Positions 34,101 to 41,248 of a stretch of 64,000 bases of DNA are shown here, piece after piece. Within the stretch, counting starts at the first letter, position 1; each line of letters starts with the position of its first letter. Origin of the DNA: a virus; the IMG/VR virus record IMGVR_UViG_3300025133_000030, positions 89,804-153,803 of that record; one strand, 5' to 3'. The notes under the pieces were generated by a model, which was not told where the DNA came from, searched no databases, and saw only the letters and a program-made list of their open reading frames with translations. Both the position numbers and the translations under genes were made by a program.

Positions 34101-36676
34101 GCCGCAATAAGCGCAACGCCAAGAGTCACAGTAACATCAATAGGGGAAATTCATCGCAAGATACATTAGACATTACTGATCACCACCTATTAAGGGCTTT
34201 CAGTTACGTTAGAACAGTAGGAGCAAAACGTTACTTGTTTCAATTGGAGATACTTTATCGTGCCACCTCAACAAACACGACAAGGACGGGAGACAGGATC
34301 TACTTATCTCCAACAAATTTGAGGTCGTACCAAGCCGATCGTAGTAAGATCTTGGGCAGGGATTATTTTTATGAACCATCCGGCCACAACAAAAGACGAC
34401 ACTCGGATTCTCCAAACCAAGCAAGGTATAATACAAATTATTATAGGCTTTTCTCCACCACTCAAGGCCGCGACCACAATAGCGATTATAATTATAAGGT
34501 CGAATCTGTTCTGCGAGCATATGATTTGTCTGCCATCATGTCCGAACATGGAACCTATCGTGAGACTGCCGGCATGCCGACAGGCTTCCCGGACCTACCC
34601 CCAGACGAGCTAGAAAGAATAGAACTAGCTTTGGAAACTCTGGCACAAGACTATCTAACGGACTTGAAAGAAAATAAGCCTATCTCTGTACCTTATGAAG
34701 CTCCCGGAGGAAAAACGAAATATATGATCCGTGATGCTAAATCATATTTAAGAGACGGCGAGGGCTGGGCATATGATCCTTCCCAATTTGCTCTTAAAAA
34801 GTGGTGGACGGGACGAAGAAAAGCCCGCGGCGACAAAATCGAAGCTGCATCTGTGGATACTTGGTACGACATCGCACTTCGAATAAACCTTCCGGGTAAG
34901 ACATATGTTATGAAGAGGGTATTTCTGGCGAACAATACTGCGAAAATTAATACTACTGATGTTTACAACGTTGACTTGATGACCGGCATTGATTTACCGG
35001 GCGACATAGATGAGATATTAGAGTCAACAGAACTTAACTTCGCGATTACCCCCGAGAAGAGACTAAGACTTAAAGCTCACGAAATTGAAAACTGCTACAA
35101 TTTTGTCCGCGGAATCCGACAACCAGCCTCTTTTATCAATTGGATTGAGAGCTATCGAGAATGGGCAGAAGACGGACAAGCTATATTGGAAGAGTTAAAT
35201 GGCCAATTGAATAAGTGTAATATGGAATTTGGAATGAGATTGACTTACGTCAACGCTCTAGATGATGAATTTTCAAACAGTGAAGTCTCAGAGACCAACG
35301 AGAGATTTCATAATGTGGAGTTTCCTACGGAGGCGCCAGATGTAGTGGAGGAGCCCGAAAGCCCATTTTCGTCGATCCCAAGTACTTCAACTATCCAGAG
35401 AACGAGGATGCCTCCTAGAACGAGTCCCGACCCAGAAGCGCTACTTACGGAGTTGGACCCTAACATAGAGCCAGTGGGATTTGGAAGAGGTCGAGATGAT
35501 AGGGTATATTCTCAAAAGAAGTTTAGAACGACAGAGAATTTTTATGCTCCACCTAATACTCGGGACGAAGAAATGTTGCGACACAAATATATATATTCTA
35601 TGCCAATCATAGAAAAGACGGTACCGTTTAAGTTATCTAACATATTGACAATAGAGAGACAGGACTTTTCAGAGGTTGCTATGGATGCACTTCGCGCCGC
35701 CGACAACGCAGCTATCCCACTAACAGGAGAAGTCCGAGATCAGCTCAACGAAATGGCCAACACCGCTGATGATCCGAGTTCTGCCGCGGGATCTTATGGA
35801 AATGAAGCTATTTATGACGCCCCACAACCTATAGGGGCCCCTGAGAGAGAATCGGGGCATTCTCCAGAAGACCCAACGTTTATAAATGTAGTTCAATATA
35901 CAGAAGGATTGTCACCAGAAGAGTTCCTCGCAGGCCAATTCGCGACTATAGACACAGGAAATCTCGATGTGCAGGGATATTTAAAAAACAAAATAATAAG
36001 CTCAGATGAATTTAATATTTTCTTTAAATATTTATTTCCGATAAAGAGGTTTTCGTCTGTGATGGCAATTTACAACGTCCACGCCACTTCAGCAAATTAT
36101 GATTTAGACAAGATGTTTGATCGTACCAGAGGCCTCACAATGTTAATAGCAAAAAATATGATGGTCTCAGACTGGAGAGGAATTCAGGTTGATGCAAATC
36201 CTATCCCAGAGGGATTTGACATGAGTCAATATTCGATAAGTCCAGATGATCCAAGTCTTGGTGAGATAATTACAGACTCTCTAATTAGAATGACAAGGGG
36301 TTTAGCATATATGACATCCCCCGGTTATCGAGCAATGTATAAACCGTTAAATGATTGTAACTTGACTTCAGGATTGACGTGGGGTTCTTTTCAGGGTCGA
36401 CCTGAAAGAAGGACAGGCAGAAACGACTTCAGGCCATGGGATATGTATCCGCCAATCCCCCTACTTGCAGGGCAGCATGGCTTGTACGAGTGGCCAAATG
36501 CACCGTTTATGGGTGCATATCTTAATCCGCTGGTAACGGTGGCTCTTTCGCTTCCTCACTTGGAAGGAGAGTCGTCAGATGCAGTATGTAACCAGTATCG
36601 TTTTGAACCTAGAAGACAGGTGAACTGTTTAGAGAAAGGAATAAGAAATCCACTAGAAATAAAAAAGAATGATTAA
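25166..36676 (+). CDS. Giant 3836-aa putative virion protein with internal Gly/Ala membrane-like segment
   Basis: Uninterrupted 11.5-kb ORF between the spike-like and gp25 genes; no family recognised. Confidence 0.8.
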   Translation: MARIPGTAVTQRSPMTQAQRELENSYDWRTLEEPKYVPNEAAYVVNIKTPYASSRGGGIGVDESQLADIKAWARTQAIKKIFDFYDKKCVFLSGGNPEPHDSWRQRYPGLGEGIHESWRNYLIESNPPASGERSVDGFTWNSRELAGILGITFEEITIEDYYNEPSFGDPTDWFISSRPGSTIQVKVLFAADYVDAIPQNIEGYTGSGGLSRNAKKSLIAKMATYPLFGTPEETRRGRTIIDPGSARARDYSDVRRNVGTLDAALSGDETAKDTIRKSAQRGFEQSRTKREFDYYNRKFKLKGPYRQDQDPFSAPDNQSFTSAIASARDQGALVGAKVLARELAVNEGKNYLKSSMKQGANAAYDKSARKAAVAAAKSNNKKGEDLANIDSPVVTRRYETRNFLEKIEFVAKSLEEFDKDVKKFRESGGEIYFSFLAPFEGEAEEIKRQQKEAQEKIYSDKRKGVYGTGPERHDKAARAVEKSDEEVIARIHSQSMQKLNLKREANSLRQIANSLAGFLSDNTEVYKKDHKERWKAGSGIPMSPFNQGFAGQGPFLDINFHILNKQTEPLIDIDFPTGTALTAAMDYHGPGRHKKFPTADAIDEELSQYIEEVGISGRLASVTYIDKGFVEYPCLYNVGAFMKSGGFTNPVSVGYLFQLDTMYDELMALNSCREIGAGIPSFPFIFRFTYPGLQIKPAKPTAKAKFKLGSSVKTEAEGIKEDAIYSSKMAKRDAGGALKGASNYVAQKLPYGNICTLKELHQKFLKKFSLSKILCDLYACFQLPGIPDISLWQPKFSMPKFKKSKTGWPKINLKDALKEMIVRFLCGLITELINAVNSPDCDAWKEFAGDLIGGIIEDIKAELNQALENIVPGLGQAAFGLPELEREDACPDLGGVTPTPNRLGTQNQQLLSASSVSDLVEKLSHALRPSEFCSLLAGEPDEMTLQVVNVMIDSRYPALRTIFTTNDIIMSVFSALGSTIIGQDLCQLMLGAVSGPSGPDALCDVDAFRQRVLANRVSKDELDEQVEADKRRRNRLYNKLKRLADSQNILSGVVPDNIVGGTPDSDNPALVPLYVPGSRVDAAADIAIRTVFNAITAPYDVEVKSFKNRMRGPALGQASAGSAPSEPPIDALRFRALMDNPDSVFYNPTGIQPDWYTGQNLMDDTELLSRMFEAWQNYNKTLNPDPQGETEAVFAEKLIMLLRDFKSIERVQTEDRVAKFKLLVEPDESPDDDMGVEIEYSHKPSTFCITDTYNLKDTYSVSISGEGMQHEISFDGSSEVDIEGEAIREQISDYDIKEFRREDGLPIQQQIYAFFAADIWSEYFGHGFKFNNHNSGYGSPFFSYMASNQFYTVIESILQTIAKRIAESDLITKDEFGRYGLENIDLNPVFDSDGCRLDGLISINSAIQSVKQHFYGLMGQEDQDYDPGPLPLSMASKGVTSILVRLMIVQVVLEGIVSFKEFGINTLYEDEMLVHYMMKRFDTMLQNFDSPADYTGNGDYSNFFKMFQLLLIFSEREQVTTDEVSNLSAALVTLSAPSTTMDEEEFEARHPDLFSEIEYQAALKKSIISNSMLVADSVRTIIGAATRDIFLAYANNLDVMDVAASRHKIDGWEDIYGTADTGGRLGHSSLAELEYNDELRHEDGFRRHIEQVIGPFPYNPEEKNRFYNPDGTLKAGMESFTDGGFVLEKFIKIQEVNWNDEVFRGYSNGVLNARDEQRVLVRHPEITEAPAGNLIPVESFKEWVFEMVGRPPTQRGDEDWFGAYFDCSNTFYGTATACEERLSDEDGYGPNDVGYDETKDLYGLTPAYLPNGHHDFGDDGNGHYHEKTDQNGGSDSNILFTTGKLPIHTGDTWGPDNGISIRGYATPQGRSATDTGPNAIDKQIERYLLDPASSQNPWVPLRFEKIRFMYTEDQRTSDKNPFLRTKLDTFRRRSPSLSPSRYIEDFTNDGLLGMSTTETDNSIEPKHNDTCGTKYVIYFVDANALFADFPRDSWRRNPATGRYELIDQASAATLPKSLQSLNPIAPPKSLMANKLQGAMDYENYTDKNKVRLTVVDKETWTSLHKIWAGTTSQKLSSGATVEDLITRSRNVQVSRDDVASIAAIKEREVFWETTYKTCLYSTPEEEHLHKGIAKSIGQDVTGKSTVDEKGNMTGNRFSISGRQITVRAVPPEKGGSYAEQQAYTYVSRGRYLGKAPERTETFGEAAENWWDEYGDYVTAVGAGIAIGALAAATGGAGLGALAAGVGGAGGAGGGALAGAAAVAGAGAVAGAAVGAAGGAVAAGVMAIEDALETEAGITSTVNTLRSDAIARRQEGFLKEEKNATSVFQGNGIQMGDLVTVWADVDWRDYLSTQDSGRSRFGWFTDNCYRYGFDRQIEANDPTIEGPWSRRNDTSLPYWYDRAGGWFFTCGTAVNYAVEPYWTSDPGARHPADFQSNSDSPLNVATNMSADLPNNLALRDYLESNKAIERHMGLDFESGLSVDGNAHHTMFKNWPVYSTGRPGYQYVGWLSSDIRVNGNTTITNPEDPILTTEMETTPAEDSVTTLSSIISGKSTYIHSSGKSIRDNNLSAGFINLNESLLTAADYNNWADVVRQGGDPTLVHTLEQSKIALENELAALPAITLRANSPELLERREIEQRINDQIAFIESVLDPIGSFGDIGAYEFLSAIHGRTKWYGSMPVRLSERSEFLALGIDANGVYLDQNNDSSKFNPDEERLSFASTRGMYTKREANPYFWMPSSMFFLGGLGNQGYRVENTSEFGAEWQAGGGARDQPSNAEAENPALCREYYIPSPFGIHPNLGYDTRGTGGVRSGDPVSWNRLGYKDKMSLHDIYQSDFPGSDASLHNAGFTYARDSKAPAYYCEPGHTLGMDFPGEKDPDELGQNVIRDLMTYGIYNDDSNFDDIINSIANGTGEISYRDWWFTSGRFAHEHDTQDYPLPRITREEGESDDEFERRKTSEQTAWRSARNADIKKWFSSGGRNKRNAKSHSNINRGNSSQDTLDITDHHLLRAFSYVRTVGAKRYLFQLEILYRATSTNTTRTGDRIYLSPTNLRSYQADRSKILGRDYFYEPSGHNKRRHSDSPNQARYNTNYYRLFSTTQGRDHNSDYNYKVESVLRAYDLSAIMSEHGTYRETAGMPTGFPDLPPDELERIELALETLAQDYLTDLKENKPISVPYEAPGGKTKYMIRDAKSYLRDGEGWAYDPSQFALKKWWTGRRKARGDKIEAASVDTWYDIALRINLPGKTYVMKRVFLANNTAKINTTDVYNVDLMTGIDLPGDIDEILESTELNFAITPEKRLRLKAHEIENCYNFVRGIRQPASFINWIESYREWAEDGQAILEELNGQLNKCNMEFGMRLTYVNALDDEFSNSEVSETNERFHNVEFPTEAPDVVEEPESPFSSIPSTSTIQRTRMPPRTSPDPEALLTELDPNIEPVGFGRGRDDRVYSQKKFRTTENFYAPPNTRDEEMLRHKYIYSMPIIEKTVPFKLSNILTIERQDFSEVAMDALRAADNAAIPLTGEVRDQLNEMANTADDPSSAAGSYGNEAIYDAPQPIGAPERESGHSPEDPTFINVVQYTEGLSPEEFLAGQFATIDTGNLDVQGYLKNKIISSDEFNIFFKYLFPIKRFSSVMAIYNVHATSANYDLDKMFDRTRGLTMLIAKNMMVSDWRGIQVDANPIPEGFDMSQYSISPDDPSLGEIITDSLIRMTRGLAYMTSPGYRAMYKPLNDCNLTSGLTWGSFQGRPERRTGRNDFRPWDMYPPIPLLAGQHGLYEWPNAPFMGAYLNPLVTVALSLPHLEGESSDAVCNQYRFEPRRQVNCLEKGIRNPLEIKKND

Positions 36677-36690
36677 TTAGGAGAAACAAG

Positions 36691-37107
36691 ATGGCATCAG
36701 GAATAGGACCAAAATTACCACTTTTACCAGATGACGTCGACGGCGCATATGCCTTGACAAAAGATCTTAAGGACACAATAAAGCAGAATTTTAGAAACTT
36801 GATGTTGACAATTCCCGGCGAAAGGATAATGCTTCCTGACTTTGGTGTTGGCATAGCTCGATATCTGTTTGAAAATCAGACGAACTCAAGAATGTTGCTG
36901 TCATCAATAACGTCTAGAGTACAGGATCAAACAAAAAGGCATATGCCCTTTATAACTATAAACTCTGTAAATATGAATACGGCTGAAAACGACCCAACGA
37001 TGTCTCCGCATACAATGATACTTTATGTGGAATATTTTATAACTCCTCTTAATCAAGGGGATTCTTTGGAAATAGGTGTCGATTTAACCGGCGAAGTGAT
37101 TTTATAA
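36691..37107 (+). CDS. Baseplate wedge subunit, gp25/GPW family
   Basis: IKQNFRNLMLTIPGERIMLPDFGVGIARYLFE signature; AGGAG RBS. Confidence 0.92.
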   Translation: MASGIGPKLPLLPDDVDGAYALTKDLKDTIKQNFRNLMLTIPGERIMLPDFGVGIARYLFENQTNSRMLLSSITSRVQDQTKRHMPFITINSVNMNTAENDPTMSPHTMILYVEYFITPLNQGDSLEIGVDLTGEVIL

Positions 37108-37130
37108 TTCTCCAATATTTATTCTTTTTC

Positions 37131-37137
37131 CTACTTA
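37131..37137 (+). promoter_or_regulatory. Candidate late promoter CTACTTA
   Basis: Intergenic, 17 nt upstream of ATG 37155, followed by GAGG RBS. Confidence 0.5.
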
Positions 37138-37154
37138 TATAGAGGACATAAATT

Positions 37155-38954
37155 ATGAGCAACTCCCGTAAGAACAATCTTTCGATAGATTACACCAGTC
37201 GCGACTTCGAATCAATACGAGAAGATCTTATTGATTATGTAAAAAGATATTATCCAAATACTCACAAAGACTTCAACGAAGCTAGTTTTGGAGCTATGAT
37301 GATAGACACCGTTGCATATGTAGGTGATATGCTGTCATATTATCTCGACTACAGTCTCAACGAGACCTTTCTGACAACCGCGTCAGAGAGAAAAAATGTC
37401 CTAAAGATAGGTCGCCAGCTTGGGTATACATCCCCTGCAGTTGCGTCTTCTGTCGGAGACGTATTTCTTTTCATAAATGTCCCTGCTAAATCTGATGGGT
37501 CGCTAGATTTATCGTATGCTCCTGTTTTGCGAGCGGGAAGTACGTTTGCAACAACCAATAGGAGCGTGTTTACTTTAATATCGGATGTTGATTTTTCAAG
37601 TGCACTCAATACTGTTGTCGTCGCAACCGTTGACGATACGTCTGGCATTCCCCTTAATTATGCAATTCGGGCCCCCGGTAGAGTGGTGTCAGGCGAACGA
37701 AAGCAAGAGACGTACACAGTAGGGTCAGTTGTTGATTTTCTTCGCTTAGAGATCGAAGATTCAAACGTGACAGACGTTATTTCAGTAGTAGATGAGGATG
37801 GCCATGAATACTATGAAGTGGAAGCACTGTCCCAAAACGTAGTGTACAAAGAAGTTACCAACAGGGGTGAGTTCAAAGAGATGGTGCCCTCGATCATTAG
37901 GCCTATTTCTGCACCTCGCCGTTATATCATAGAAAACGCCGGAGGCAGCACTTTTGTGCAGTTCGGCAAAGGTTCGGAAGAAGAACAAACAGCACAAGAT
38001 ATAGTGGATCCCTCAAACGTAGTTCTGGATATATATGGAAAGAATTATATAACAGACTTCTCTTTTGATCCGTCTAAGCTCCAGAGAACTGATAAAATGG
38101 GAATATCGCCATCAAACACTAAGATCTTTGTCACATACAGGACTAACAGCAATGGCAATTCGAATTGTGCCACTGGGGCGCTCAACGCCGTTTTAAGACC
38201 AATATTTAAGTTTGACAACAGGAATTCGTTGACTAGTGCAAATATCTCTTCTACAGCCGGCTCCCTAGAGGTAACAAACCCACAACCAATAGTTGGAGAT
38301 GTTACGACTCCAAACGCGGAGGAGTTGAGGCAGAGGATAATTGGCGTCCATGCAGCGCAAAATAGAGCAGTAACAAAGCAAGATTACATATCTTTAGCCT
38401 ATGCGATGCCTAGTAAGTTCGGCGCAATCAGACGATGTACTGTTCTGCGAGACGCAGATTCTGCAAAAAACAACTTAAATATGTATGTTTTAGCAGAAGA
38501 TACCTCCGGCGCTCTCATTGGAGCAAACAGCGCACTAAAAGATAATCTAAGAGTGTGGATAAACGGGTATAAAATGATATCTGATTCTCTAGACATTATG
38601 GATGCAAGAATAGTAAATTTAGGAATTAGATATTCTATAGTTTCGGATTCTAGCAGAGATTCAAATAAAATCTTAATTGATGCAAACGATGCACTACGAA
38701 ATGAGTTCGCATCCAAGATGGACATAGGCGAGCCATTTTATATTACAAAGATTTTCAAAACTCTTAGTAAGGTCGACGGAGTACTTGATGTTGAAAACGT
38801 AGAGGTAGTAACCAAATCAGGAATAGGATACTCAGACAACTATTTTAACATAAAGAAAAACACAACTCCAGATGGGAGAGTCATAGTTCCTAGGGAGGAT
38901 ATGATTTTCGAAATAAGAGATTTATTCACAGACATTGAAGGTTCTATACGATAA
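37155..38954 (+). CDS. Baseplate wedge protein (T4 gp6 / baseplate J-like)
   Basis: YTSRDFESIR, DFNEAS.G, AYVGD.LSYYLD, ETFL.TA, QFGKG, QNRAVTKQDY. Confidence 0.92.
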   Translation: MSNSRKNNLSIDYTSRDFESIREDLIDYVKRYYPNTHKDFNEASFGAMMIDTVAYVGDMLSYYLDYSLNETFLTTASERKNVLKIGRQLGYTSPAVASSVGDVFLFINVPAKSDGSLDLSYAPVLRAGSTFATTNRSVFTLISDVDFSSALNTVVVATVDDTSGIPLNYAIRAPGRVVSGERKQETYTVGSVVDFLRLEIEDSNVTDVISVVDEDGHEYYEVEALSQNVVYKEVTNRGEFKEMVPSIIRPISAPRRYIIENAGGSTFVQFGKGSEEEQTAQDIVDPSNVVLDIYGKNYITDFSFDPSKLQRTDKMGISPSNTKIFVTYRTNSNGNSNCATGALNAVLRPIFKFDNRNSLTSANISSTAGSLEVTNPQPIVGDVTTPNAEELRQRIIGVHAAQNRAVTKQDYISLAYAMPSKFGAIRRCTVLRDADSAKNNLNMYVLAEDTSGALIGANSALKDNLRVWINGYKMISDSLDIMDARIVNLGIRYSIVSDSSRDSNKILIDANDALRNEFASKMDIGEPFYITKIFKTLSKVDGVLDVENVEVVTKSGIGYSDNYFNIKKNTTPDGRVIVPREDMIFEIRDLFTDIEGSIR

Positions 38955-41248
38955 TGGCTATTCTTAGGTTTACTGCAAGTGCAGACAGCACCATAACAGA
39001 TTCATACAAGCCCGGTCTCACCATACGCGGTACCGGCTCGAACACTGGTGCAGCAGACACAGCTGAGGTTTTTTCAATATACGGTCAAACCAGCGGCTCT
39101 TCTGGTATCGGCACTTCAGTAGAGAGGTCCCGTGCACTATTTACATTCCCTGTTAACGATATTATAGCAAAAAGAACAGCAGGAACCTTGCCTGCTAGTG
39201 GTAGTGTTAATTTTTACTTGAAGCTGAGTAATGCGGTCCATGGAAACTCGCTACCAAAAGACTATGTCTTGGCGATATTGCCAGTATCTAGAAGCTGGAA
39301 TGAAGGAAGGGGTCTAGATCTGGATGAATACTCAAACTTAGGTGTAGTTAATTGGGAGTACGCAAGCACCGATGAGATTTTTGCTAGTGCTTCATTAACA
39401 TTTGGGGACGTAAGTATTTCCAACGGTGCCAAACTATACTTAACGGGATCTAGTGTTGACAGTCCGCACACATTTACAATTAACACTGGAATAGGCACGT
39501 CCACAAAAACTGATATAGCTTTGAACGGTTCCATCAACACAACTGCAAAACTAGCAACAGAACTATCCCGCTCAGTGGAGCTAGCCCGACTGGATGCGAC
39601 TATTGCATTAGATATTCAGCCATCTATTAATTCATCAAATAGCTCAAGGGTAGATTTAGTACAGAAAGTCGGCGGCTTTGCTGGAAATACAACAGTTCAA
39701 GGTACTGTAGTCGATGATACCGTAAGTGTGACAACGGTACAATTTACCGGCGGAGATGACAATACTCCGTGGAATGCTGAGGGCGGAGATTTCAAGACTC
39801 AAATGCCTGCAGTAATATACACACAACAGCTTGACGGCGGAGAAGAGGATGTTTCAATAGATATATCTGAAATGGTGGAGCAATGGATCATAGGATCAGG
39901 TCCATCTGCAGCAGGTTCTCTTAAGTTTAATGACGCGTCTATCGCGGACGGGACAACGCTGATATTGACGGGTTCTAATCCCCTGACTCCATTAACTCTA
40001 ACTTTCGATACTTCCACAGCGACATCTACAGCTACAGTCATCGGCGGCAACGGCGCTTCAAGTGCATCTACCGTCGCGACAAGGGTTCAGGAAGCCATCG
40101 CTGCAGCTAAAGCTGCGGGAACCACTGTTAATATCACAGCAACAGTCAACGGTTCTGACAACACAAAAGTAGATTTAGTTCAAGACGGAGCCGGCTCCGT
40201 GGGGAACACAATAATACAGGGAACATTGGTTGACGACACCACCAGTGTAACAACTACACAATTCCGTGGCGGCGGATTAGCAAATTATGGTCTTGTAATG
40301 AAAATGTCGGGGTCTTTTGAAGATGGCACAAGGACACAATCTTATTACACGAAGAAATTTTTTACTAGAAAGAGTCAATACTTTTATAAGAGGCCGTCGA
40401 TTGAAGCAAGGTGGGATTCTTCTACGGGTGACGACAGAAGTTACTTTTATACTAGCAGTTCGCTAGCCCCCGCTGCAGACAATTTAAACAACGTTTACCT
40501 TTACAATCATGTAAGGGGTCAACTGACCGACATACCAAACTTAGGCGCTGATAACAAAGTGTTCGTGAGTTTATTTACTTCATCTGCCGGCTCTATCGCC
40601 ACCGGCGGCCACGCTGTGCACCTCCCTGTAGGTGGCGGAGTTCAAAAGGCTCTTGGCCAACTGGTGACAGGATCTAGGGTTTCTACTGGTATTTATAGTG
40701 CTAGTTTTGCCTACACTGGCTCTAGTAGATTATACGATGTTTGGCGCACCGGCTCTGCAGCTCAAGTAAATGCCGGAACAGCCGGCTTTAGCGCTGTTTT
40801 TCACACAGGGACCATTGAACCAAAGCAGTTTGGTGCAGGAAATGTAAATTCATCGAATTATGAAAGCCCATATGTAACAGCTGTTCCCGGCTTTAGGCCA
40901 TCATACACCAACATGGGCACAGAAAGATTCAGAGTCACAGCTAGAAAGCGCTTTTGGAATCCCAATATTTACTCTGTGGCCAATCAGGCTACATCAGAAG
41001 AGATAGAAATAGTTAGAAATGGGTTTTATAAGATCTATAGAGTTTCTGATGATTATGTTGTTGTGCCCTATGGCACCGGCAGTATCAACCACACAAAGCT
41101 TTCATATGATCGAGACGGCAATTATTTTGATCTAGACATGTCTTTGTTTGAGCAGGATTTTGCATATGCAGTCAAGTTTGTATATTATGTAAATGGCAAC
41201 TATCACGAACAGCCAGAGGTCTTTAAATTTAGAGTTGAGGCAGTATGA
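38954..41248 (+). CDS. Virion structural protein; DNRLRE-like beta-sandwich interrupted by two copies of a ~120-aa module
   Basis: SRALFTF, SWNEG.G, W...GGDF, DISEMVEQWI and NYG motifs; internal duplication at 39383-39754 and 39908-40276. Confidence 0.7.
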   Translation: MAILRFTASADSTITDSYKPGLTIRGTGSNTGAADTAEVFSIYGQTSGSSGIGTSVERSRALFTFPVNDIIAKRTAGTLPASGSVNFYLKLSNAVHGNSLPKDYVLAILPVSRSWNEGRGLDLDEYSNLGVVNWEYASTDEIFASASLTFGDVSISNGAKLYLTGSSVDSPHTFTINTGIGTSTKTDIALNGSINTTAKLATELSRSVELARLDATIALDIQPSINSSNSSRVDLVQKVGGFAGNTTVQGTVVDDTVSVTTVQFTGGDDNTPWNAEGGDFKTQMPAVIYTQQLDGGEEDVSIDISEMVEQWIIGSGPSAAGSLKFNDASIADGTTLILTGSNPLTPLTLTFDTSTATSTATVIGGNGASSASTVATRVQEAIAAAKAAGTTVNITATVNGSDNTKVDLVQDGAGSVGNTIIQGTLVDDTTSVTTTQFRGGGLANYGLVMKMSGSFEDGTRTQSYYTKKFFTRKSQYFYKRPSIEARWDSSTGDDRSYFYTSSSLAPAADNLNNVYLYNHVRGQLTDIPNLGADNKVFVSLFTSSAGSIATGGHAVHLPVGGGVQKALGQLVTGSRVSTGIYSASFAYTGSSRLYDVWRTGSAAQVNAGTAGFSAVFHTGTIEPKQFGAGNVNSSNYESPYVTAVPGFRPSYTNMGTERFRVTARKRFWNPNIYSVANQATSEEIEIVRNGFYKIYRVSDDYVVVPYGTGSINHTKLSYDRDGNYFDLDMSLFEQDFAYAVKFVYYVNGNYHEQPEVFKFRVEAV
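39383..40276 (+). repeat. Protein-level internal duplication (two ~123-codon units)
   Basis: Unit 1 ends RVDLVQKVGGFAGNTTVQGTVVDDTVSVTTVQFTGG; unit 2 ends KVDLVQDGAGSVGNTIIQGTLVDDTTSVTTTQFRGG. Confidence 0.85.

Noticed and set aside
36673-36679. TTAATTA as a late promoter for gp25
   Set aside because: It overlaps the upstream stop codon and is only 11 nt from the ATG, so transcription would start within the RBS.
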